This document shows positions 35,065 to 42,076 of a stretch of 42,076 nt of DNA, piece after piece (the stretch's first letter is position 1; every line of letters begins with the position of its first letter). The stretch is taken from positions 1-42,076 of IMG/VR virus record IMGVR_UViG_3300033808_000078; one strand, 5' to 3'. This DNA is from a virus. Lineage: Duplodnaviria; Caudoviricetes. Under the pieces are notes generated by a model, which did no database searches, was not told the origin of the DNA, and saw only the letters and a list, made by a program, of their open reading frames with translations. The translations under genes were made by a program, and so were the position numbers.

Positions 35065-36878
35065 AGAAGATTCTTTCGGTTTTCGCATGCATCTTAGTGG
35101 CTGCGGTCGTCTACGCAGGTACGACCACGAATTTCAGTTGGGACTTTGGCACGCAGTACCAGAAGCCATGGTGGAACGTCTGGACCGGGATTTTGCAGAA
35201 TATTGACCAGGAGATGTACAAACGCTCCAAGGACCTCTTCATGCAGGGCCATGTCCTCCAGGGATCGGATCAACCCGCTGGCAACCTCTATCTCTCTTCC
35301 ACCTCCAATGCGACGAAGGGGAAAATTATAGCTCAAGACTACATGGCCTTTGCGAATGGGCCTTGGATTGATGTGACGGCTCCGCCATATAATGTAAAAG
35401 ACGATGGGGTAACGGATAGTTCTGCGGCGATTCAAGCAGCACTTAATGTCGCTAACGGTGTAGTTTACCTCCCTATGACAGCGGCCGGAGGAAATTATTA
35501 TATTGGTACGACGCAACTCCTTATAAACCGTAATTCTGGTTCAACTTATAAAACCGCAGTTTCTCATTTGGTCATGGCCCCTGGAACCAGAATCACTTAC
35601 ATCGGGACTGATGCAGCAATCAAAGTGGATGTGAGTTCTAACTCAATGACTGGCCTTATTCTTGATCTTTATGACATTTACTCAACAGGTGCCTACGGAC
35701 TTAAATTTACTTCTGGAGGATTGGATTCTACACATTATATTATCCAGTCGAGAATAAAGATTCACAACATTTGGAATTACACAACATCAGGCATTTATGT
35801 GGATTGTTTGTTTTCACAGAATGTGGTTGATGTTTTGGGTTTTTATCCAACAGATCCTCCGAAGACTGCATGGGGATTATACTTTACCCAGGGAGAAGGT
35901 TCAGTTAAATTCGAGTCAAATCAAATCAATGTCGGTTCGATTTATTCATATCAAGGACTCTATGGAGGGGTTGGATTTAACTATAATTCCGTAAACATCG
36001 ATGTAGATTCTGGGACAACTAACACGACGATTGATAAAATTGACGTTGCTGGAATATATAATACCCTAGTTATTAGAGCAATAAATCCGGTCAATCAATT
36101 TTATCCAGGAGGAATTAGACTTCGATCAACCTCAGCAAATAATGCCTTGATCACACCACCACCCAGTTTGGCACTTCTCAGCGATGATTCTCCGATTGGT
36201 TCAAATACGATAATTTCCCCGATTGGTCTAAAAAATATTCTAATCAATTCGTCTTTTGAGATATTCTCTGGTGCTTTAACTGCGCCAGGGTGGACAGCAA
36301 CAAATATTGCCGTATTTCAAGCCGAGACGACAAATTTTAAACATGGTTTGCAGGGGGCAAAATTAATGCCGTCTGGTAATTATTCTTTTATTAATCAGGC
36401 TCTTAGTCCAAGCATTGTGGCAGGAAAAACATTCACTTTTGCTGGATGGTTCAAGGCACCAGCAACAAATCTTGGTATTAATCAGCAGTTAATGACAATA
36501 GGGGATGATACTTCAGCATCTAATATACAAATAGCGACGGACGGGAGATGGCATTACCTCGCCTCTACTTATGCTTTTGGGGTGGGCACAACTAATCCAT
36601 ATGTAAGAATATGGGTGGGCCCGAACGCTTATGCTGCTGGAGATATACTTTATGCTGATGGATGCTCCGTAGTACTTGGAACAACATTCGCTCTTCCGGA
36701 AGAACGTACTAATATTCGGAACGAGACTTACGGCACTACAGCACCCGGGAGCGGTACATGGATGTTGGGAGATATTTGTTGGAATACGAATCCTTCCGCA
36801 GGTGGAACTCCTGGATGGGTATGTACGACAGGAGGAACCCCCGGAACTTGGAAAGCAATGGCAAATTTAGCACCATAA
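35061..36878 (+). CDS. Tail spike/fibre with beta-helix and CBM-like domain
   Basis: DVT..KDDGVTDSSAAIQAALN..VYLP; NILINSSFE; GDICWNTNPSAGGTPGWVCTTGGTPGTWK. Confidence 0.8.
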   Translation: MKKILSVFACILVAAVVYAGTTTNFSWDFGTQYQKPWWNVWTGILQNIDQEMYKRSKDLFMQGHVLQGSDQPAGNLYLSSTSNATKGKIIAQDYMAFANGPWIDVTAPPYNVKDDGVTDSSAAIQAALNVANGVVYLPMTAAGGNYYIGTTQLLINRNSGSTYKTAVSHLVMAPGTRITYIGTDAAIKVDVSSNSMTGLILDLYDIYSTGAYGLKFTSGGLDSTHYIIQSRIKIHNIWNYTTSGIYVDCLFSQNVVDVLGFYPTDPPKTAWGLYFTQGEGSVKFESNQINVGSIYSYQGLYGGVGFNYNSVNIDVDSGTTNTTIDKIDVAGIYNTLVIRAINPVNQFYPGGIRLRSTSANNALITPPPSLALLSDDSPIGSNTIISPIGLKNILINSSFEIFSGALTAPGWTATNIAVFQAETTNFKHGLQGAKLMPSGNYSFINQALSPSIVAGKTFTFAGWFKAPATNLGINQQLMTIGDDTSASNIQIATDGRWHYLASTYAFGVGTTNPYVRIWVGPNAYAAGDILYADGCSVVLGTTFALPEERTNIRNETYGTTAPGSGTWMLGDICWNTNPSAGGTPGWVCTTGGTPGTWKAMANLAP

Positions 36879-36955
36879 TGACGTCAACAGGCGACTCAGG
36901 CGATTAATCAGCACCAGCAGGACATACAGGATTTGAAGAAACGACTTGAGAGAAA

Positions 36956-37258
36956 ATGAATCCTTCTACCTGGAAAAAACAACCCTCTGAGAAGCGACGC
37001 CTCGCGCTTGATGCGACACTGGCGCTGATCACGGGCGATACGATCGCCGTGTTCGAGGCGAAAATTTTCGATGGCACCGGTACGGACCTGAGCGCCACCA
37101 TGTTGGCGGGATCATCGAATACGGATACCGCGGTCTATGTCTGGATTCAGGACGGCATGGATGGCATGACTTATTTTCTCAGGGTGAGAATCACGACAGC
37201 CCTGGGCGAAGTGATCGAGGACGATCTGGAGGTAGACGTCCAAGAAAAAGACTTCTAA
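36956..37258 (+). CDS. Fibre-tail adaptor-like protein
   Basis: KQPSE..D..VWIQDGMDGMTY..ITT..GEVIEDD. Confidence 0.65.
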   Translation: MNPSTWKKQPSEKRRLALDATLALITGDTIAVFEAKIFDGTGTDLSATMLAGSSNTDTAVYVWIQDGMDGMTYFLRVRITTALGEVIEDDLEVDVQEKDF

Positions 37259-37340
37259 TAGTTCCTAAGCTTCCCCCCTGAATGCCCTGCGCTCCTTCCG
37301 ACAATGGCGCACTCCAAATCCCCCACCCAAGGAGCGTTTT

Positions 37341-37700
37341 ATGAACCTAAAGGAAAAATTCTACGACCATGTGGCAAAGAGAAGAGAGCGGCGCAAGTCC
37401 GTCGAGATTGAGGTCGCGGGCGAAAAGCTGATCATTTTCTTCACTCCCGTGACCGTCCTCGAGGGCGAGAAGATCCGGACCAAATCGAGGATCCAGACCG
37501 GGAACCCGATGGATATCCGGTTTGATATGGGGATGCTGAACATCATGGCGGTCATCGAGAAGGCGGAGGACGAAGAGGGAAATAAGATCTTCTCCGACAG
37601 CGATCTGCCCACGCTGCAACAACTGGATGAAGCAATCGTCACGAAGATCTCCAGTGCGATCAATCCGCCGCTGCGGTTGGACGAAGCAAAAAACGCCTGA
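37341..37700 (+). CDS. Tail assembly chaperone (gpG-like)
   Basis: KAEDEEGNKIFSDSD; ends in slippery A-AAA-AAC. Confidence 0.8.
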   Translation: MNLKEKFYDHVAKRRERRKSVEIEVAGEKLIIFFTPVTVLEGEKIRTKSRIQTGNPMDIRFDMGMLNIMAVIEKAEDEEGNKIFSDSDLPTLQQLDEAIVTKISSAINPPLRLDEAKNA

Positions 37701-37852
37701 GCGAGGACATACCGCTCCGCAATCTGTATGCCCTCGCCGATCGGAAGCACTGCTTCTTGAAAGGTCTCGAAGATTTGACGATTGAAGAATTTCAATATTG
37801 GGTCGCCTACTACGAGATCGTCGGCGAAGAGATTAAAAGTCCACAAGGCTAA
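37688..37852 (+). CDS. -1 programmed frameshift extension (gpGT-like)
   Basis: A AAA AAC at 37688-37694; -1 frame reads KRLSEDIPLRNLYALAD..LTIEEFQYWVAYY to TAA 37852, just before the TMP gene. Confidence 0.8.
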   Translation, partial: KKRLSEDIPLRNLYALADRKHCFLKGLEDLTIEEFQYWVAYYEIVGEEIKSPQG

Positions 37853-37855
37853 ACT

Positions 37856-39862
37856 ATGGCATCCGAACAAACTCTTTCTTTGGTCCTGAAGGTTGACGAT
37901 CAAGGGTCAGTGGTCCTTGATCGCTTTACGAAGAAGATTCAGGAGACCGGCAATTCAATCCAGACAAGCCTTTCCGTCATCGCCGCCGGGGCCGCGACTC
38001 AGCTCGCTGTTGCCGCTCAGCAGATCGAACAGACGGGCCTGCGCTACATGGAGCTGGGCGCAAGGGCGTTGTCAATTCAGGACTCCTTCAACACGATCAC
38101 TAAAGCCTCTGGGATCATGGGCGAGACCCTGATAGAAAACATCAAGAGCGCCTCGGGCGTCTTCGTTGAATCCACCGCCATCATGGTCAAAGCCCAGCAG
38201 CTTCTTGTGGAAGGCTTTAAGCCCGATCAAATCGTTGCCATGACCGAAGCGGCGAGGGTCGCCGCCCGAAAGATGGGAACGGACGTTGCCGAGGCGTGGG
38301 ATCTAGTCACACAGGCGATTATTACCGGCAGGACCCGAGGCCTTCGGGCCGCTTTTCCGATGAACGAGCAAGAGATGATGGAAAAATACGCGGCCTCGAT
38401 AGGGACGGTTGTGCCGTTACTGACGGAGCACGCTCGCCAGCAGGCGATCCTGAATGAGGTCCTGAAGCAGACAATCGATTACACGCAGCAGTACGGGGCT
38501 CTGCAAGAGACCGAGAGCGAGAAATTGCAACAGGCTGTTTCCTGGTGGAAGAGTCTCGCTATACAGATTGGCCAGGCGGCACTCAACCTTGGGAAGTATG
38601 TCATGTATGCGGGCCAGAAAGCGGCCGGCTACGCCATGGCAGGAGGAATGCTCGAACCTGGAGCGCCAACCGGGGCAGAGTTGCCGACCTATCCGACGAC
38701 ATCCGAGCGTCGCTTCGGAGGCTGGGGTGCGGCGTCTGTTGCAGGGCAAGCCAGCGCAAATGAGCAGAGGCTAATAAAGCAAAAGGAATTTAACGATGCC
38801 TATACGAAGCTTGCCGATGAATATCAGGTCAAGATCCAGAGCATCGGAGACAAAGGCTATCAAAACCAGCTTCAGCTCATTGACCAGCAGCAAAAGGCGG
38901 CAGAGGACGCCATCCAGAAGCAATGGGGCGCCTCGATGCTGGCCAAAGTCGTGCCCTTAATCGATGAGTATTACGACAAGCAGAGGGAAGAAGTCGAGAA
39001 GAAATACGGCATGAAGGAAAGGCTTGCCGCAGCCACGACAGCAGCCGAAGCCCTTTACCAGGGCCCGTTTCCGCAGGAATCGATCCCGGGATTGCCGACT
39101 GCCCCGGTCCTCACGGATACGGAAGCTGCGTTCCTGGCGAAATACGGCGCGGGCAGTGACTACCTTGCCGCACAGAACAAAGTGGCGCAGCAATATGCGG
39201 ACTTGGTCGGCGACATCGATGCTCAGATCGCCGCAATGAAGAGTGAGGCCGACCAGTATGCCTTTCTGCAGGTGGCCACAGGAAAATGGAGTGATGAGAC
39301 CGCGGCAAAGTACAAGCAGGTGGTCGATATTCAGGCTCAACAGCTCTCGACGACCTCCCAGCTTATGAAATCAGTCGGGACCGAGATGGCGGAGCAGTGG
39401 TCGAAGTCGATGGCTGATGTCATCACCGGGCAGCAGAGCTTCGGGGATGCGATGAAAAAGATGTGGTTGGATCTCGCCGACTACATTATCCAGCAGATCC
39501 TGCGGACGCTCGCAATGCAGGCACTCTTCGGGAATCAGAAGGGAACCATCGTCAGCGGAACCGGGCTGATCGGCTCTATTGTTAGACTGATCGGTCTCCA
39601 AGAGGGCGGTCTCTTCACTAGGCCCACGCCTGCTCTCATTGGTGAGGCCGGGCCGGAAGCCGTTGTCCCGCTTAAAGGCGGAAAGATCCCAATTGAAGGC
39701 GGTCAAGGAGGAAGTACCACAACGATCGTTAATCAGATCTATGCGACGGACGTGAAATCGTTTGAGGATCAACTCAATCGGAACCCCGCCGCAATTATCA
39801 ACATTCTCGCCAAGAGCGTCAAGGGAGGCGGGAAAATGCGAGACGTGATCAGGAGCGCATAA
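37856..39862 (+). CDS. Tape measure protein
   Basis: Ala/Gln-rich helical; C-terminal EGG..PTPALIGEAGPEAVVPL. Confidence 0.9.
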   Translation: MASEQTLSLVLKVDDQGSVVLDRFTKKIQETGNSIQTSLSVIAAGAATQLAVAAQQIEQTGLRYMELGARALSIQDSFNTITKASGIMGETLIENIKSASGVFVESTAIMVKAQQLLVEGFKPDQIVAMTEAARVAARKMGTDVAEAWDLVTQAIITGRTRGLRAAFPMNEQEMMEKYAASIGTVVPLLTEHARQQAILNEVLKQTIDYTQQYGALQETESEKLQQAVSWWKSLAIQIGQAALNLGKYVMYAGQKAAGYAMAGGMLEPGAPTGAELPTYPTTSERRFGGWGAASVAGQASANEQRLIKQKEFNDAYTKLADEYQVKIQSIGDKGYQNQLQLIDQQQKAAEDAIQKQWGASMLAKVVPLIDEYYDKQREEVEKKYGMKERLAAATTAAEALYQGPFPQESIPGLPTAPVLTDTEAAFLAKYGAGSDYLAAQNKVAQQYADLVGDIDAQIAAMKSEADQYAFLQVATGKWSDETAAKYKQVVDIQAQQLSTTSQLMKSVGTEMAEQWSKSMADVITGQQSFGDAMKKMWLDLADYIIQQILRTLAMQALFGNQKGTIVSGTGLIGSIVRLIGLQEGGLFTRPTPALIGEAGPEAVVPLKGGKIPIEGGQGGSTTTIVNQIYATDVKSFEDQLNRNPAAIINILAKSVKGGGKMRDVIRSA

Positions 39863-39864
39863 CG

Positions 39865-40875
39865 ATGCAGACATATCCGAACTCTCCTGTTCCGGCATGG
39901 ACCTATCCCACAGGGCAGGCCTTTAACACGCTGATCAGCAACTTTGACTCAGGCGCAGAGCAGCGCCGCCAGCTGCTTAGATTCTCCAAGAGACTCTTCA
40001 CTCTCGGCTACAAAAATCTCATCCTTTCCGAGAGAAATACACTGCACGACTTTTATAGACAGGTCTATGGCTCGGCGAGCTCCTTCTGGTACGTGGACTG
40101 GACTAGCCGGCGGTGGGTCGATGAGTATGTGGGCCGAGGCGTCCTGAATGTCATGACCGGGGCCGTGGCAGCGGTTCATCCGGACTCGAGCGATGCGAAC
40201 CGGACAGATGAAACCTCCGCAGCAAACAATACGACGGCCAATGACATGACGCTCATGCAGGCTTCCCCGGCGATAAACGATTCGTATTACTTCGGTTTTG
40301 TGACGACACCCTGGGACGTCCTGCGCTTAAACATCGGAACAGCGGGAGCAGGGACGTGGACGATCGCCTGGGAATATTACAATGGTGCCTGGGTCTCTCT
40401 TGCCTCGGTAACTGACGGAAGTAACGGCTTCAAAAACTCCGGGACGGTAGACGTGCTCTGGAATCAGCCGACGGACATGGCCCTGACGACAATCAAGAGC
40501 ATCTCCGCCTATTGGGTGAGGGCGCGGGTATCGGCTTTCACATCGATCACAACGCAGGCCAAAGGAACGCAGTCCTGGGCCGCGTCGAGGTACTATGACC
40601 TGCACTGCCTGACGACGAATCCCTATGTCATCTACGTTGACGGCGTCCAGAAGACGGGCGGAGGGACAGATTATACTTTTATCTCCGGCGGGGGCGGCGC
40701 GAATGCAGACGGGATCAAATTTGTGGCGATGCCCAACATCGGTTCACTAATCACTTCAGACGTCACGGGCTACCTGAGAATCAAGGGAAGGCTTGGAGAT
40801 GATACTTTCAACGAGGAGACTATAGCGCCGGGGATCTTCAATGTGAACATCAAAGTGCAAGAGGTGCAGTGGTGA
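39865..40875 (+). CDS. Distal tail protein (gpM/DUF2460-like) with inserted domain
   Basis: TLISNFDSGAEQRR..F.LGY..FY..G..F.Y.D; central WEYYNG..D.SNGF..G insert. Confidence 0.7.
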   Translation: MQTYPNSPVPAWTYPTGQAFNTLISNFDSGAEQRRQLLRFSKRLFTLGYKNLILSERNTLHDFYRQVYGSASSFWYVDWTSRRWVDEYVGRGVLNVMTGAVAAVHPDSSDANRTDETSAANNTTANDMTLMQASPAINDSYYFGFVTTPWDVLRLNIGTAGAGTWTIAWEYYNGAWVSLASVTDGSNGFKNSGTVDVLWNQPTDMALTTIKSISAYWVRARVSAFTSITTQAKGTQSWAASRYYDLHCLTTNPYVIYVDGVQKTGGGTDYTFISGGGGANADGIKFVAMPNIGSLITSDVTGYLRIKGRLGDDTFNEETIAPGIFNVNIKVQEVQW

Positions 40876-42076
40876 AAATTCTGCCGACCGTCCTGACAGC
40901 TGAGGTCCTCAAAGACGTCGTGAGGATGCGCCACTTCTTTACCCTCACGACAGACAGCGATGTATATCGATGGACCGACGGTAACAACAGCGTCTACTAC
41001 AACGGCTTCTGGTACGTCTCTTCTCAAATTTCAATCGACCAATCCCTCGTTACCCTTACTTCCGTCGTGGATACACTCGTACTTTCGATCGCGAACGTGG
41101 ATAAAACTTTTTCCAATCTCGCACTCTCGACGCAGCTGCGCGGCAAGAGCATCGTTATCCAGACCGTGCTCCTGGACACCAATTGGTATGTCGTGGGTGT
41201 CCCCGTCACCATTTTTTCTGGATATTTCGATTCGATGGTAATTGATCGGGGCAAGGCCAAGATCCAATGCTTCAATGAGATGATCAAGTGGAAGACCCAG
41301 ACGCCGAGGCGGATGCATTCTCAGACCTGCAGTTGGATTTTTATGGGCACTGAGTGTGCGTATGCCGGCCTGCTCTATTTAAATCCGATCTCAGACATCG
41401 CTCCTGGCTTTACTCGGAGCCTGGGAAGCTACAATTATGCCAACGTGAACGATCGCGCAACAGACCTCACGGCAGGCAATACCATCAGCGCGGATAGCAA
41501 TGACGGGGCTGGTCATGTGGCCGCCAATGCATGCGACGACAATAATTCAACCTACTGGGCCTCCGCAAGTACAGCGCTTCCGCATTGGTTGAGGTGTCAG
41601 TTTAGCTCGCCAAAAAAGGTAGCGACATATTCGATTTTCCCAGTGTCGCAGGCTGCGGCGCCGACCTACTTTAAACTCCAGGGGTCAAATGACGGATCAA
41701 CTTGGTCGGACCTGGATGTCAGAACGGGGGTCTCTTGGCCAACGCCTGTCCGCCGGACCTTCGATGTCCACACGCCTTCCCCTTACACCTACTATCAAAT
41801 CTACGTCATGGCCAATGTGAGCGGGAATACGACCTCTATTTATGAGTTCGAACTGATTGGGACCTCGGACGAGGTCAACGATGCAGATTATAATTACACG
41901 AGTTCTACGTCGGCCCAGGCGGATCTTTTTGGATTGCCTGCGATGGCCTTGTCGAGTGACGTTTCTGGCATCGTAGTCACCGTGCGAGTGCGGGCAAAAC
42001 AGGTTACAGCCAGCGCGAGAAACCTCGCGGGAAGGATCAGGGTATTCGGCACGGACTATGATGCGACAGCGATCAC
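40872..42076 (+). CDS. Tail hub / gpL-like protein, N-terminal part (wraps to 926; absent from ORF track)
   Basis: GTG at 40872 overlapping the upstream TGA; YRWTD..IANVD..IFSGYFD..PRR..CSWIFMGTECAY, then first F5/8-like domain; open to the end. Confidence 0.85.
   Translation, partial: MKILPTVLTAEVLKDVVRMRHFFTLTTDSDVYRWTDGNNSVYYNGFWYVSSQISIDQSLVTLTSVVDTLVLSIANVDKTFSNLALSTQLRGKSIVIQTVLLDTNWYVVGVPVTIFSGYFDSMVIDRGKAKIQCFNEMIKWKTQTPRRMHSQTCSWIFMGTECAYAGLLYLNPISDIAPGFTRSLGSYNYANVNDRATDLTAGNTISADSNDGAGHVAANACDDNNSTYWASASTALPHWLRCQFSSPKKVATYSIFPVSQAAAPTYFKLQGSNDGSTWSDLDVRTGVSWPTPVRRTFDVHTPSPYTYYQIYVMANVSGNTTSIYEFELIGTSDEVNDADYNYTSSTSAQADLFGLPAMALSSDVSGIVVTVRVRAKQVTASARNLAGRIRVFGTDYDATAI
41902..42076. 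repeat. Terminal overlap with 1-175
   Basis: 173/175 identical. Confidence 0.95.

Noticed and set aside
1-42076. Genome-wide TGA reassignment (code 4 or 25)
   Set aside because: Many genes end in TGA with ATGA/GTGA coupling (e.g. 4173, 22606, 24669, 40875) and TGG is used for Trp; only two internal TGAs were seen
41902-42076. Physical direct terminal repeat
   Set aside because: It falls mid-gene, and the phage has a gpA terminase with a cos-like site at 20184-20227; best explained as assembly overlap

Overview
Apparently complete, circularly permuted genome (41,901 bp; positions 41902-42076 repeat 1-175) of a temperate lambda-like siphophage. It has a tyrosine integrase, cI/cro switch, Bet-type recombinase, MT-A70 methyltransferase, cosQ/cosN-like site, gpA terminase, lambda-type portal, fused prohead protease/HK97-fold capsid, non-contractile tail with a G/GT frameshift, and a lysis cassette. 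The host is probably a Gram-negative anaerobe (inferred from spanins and Fe-S enzymes). Three features stand out. (1) Two late genes, the M15 endolysin and the N-terminal domain of the protease-capsid ORF, each contain a single in-frame TGA followed by SECIS-like hairpins, although TGA is a normal stop elsewhere; this suggests phage selenoproteins or UGA-gated late expression. (2) A radical SAM/SPASM maturase, a GNAT-like gene and a small coiled-coil ORF follow a tail-tip (gpJ-like) gene that is split in-frame inside a 13-Cys repeat insert, suggesting RiPP-like modification of a virion protein. (3) Two degenerate tRNA-shaped elements occur, one inserted in-frame in the integrase. All annotation is by eye from motifs and synteny; no searches were run.
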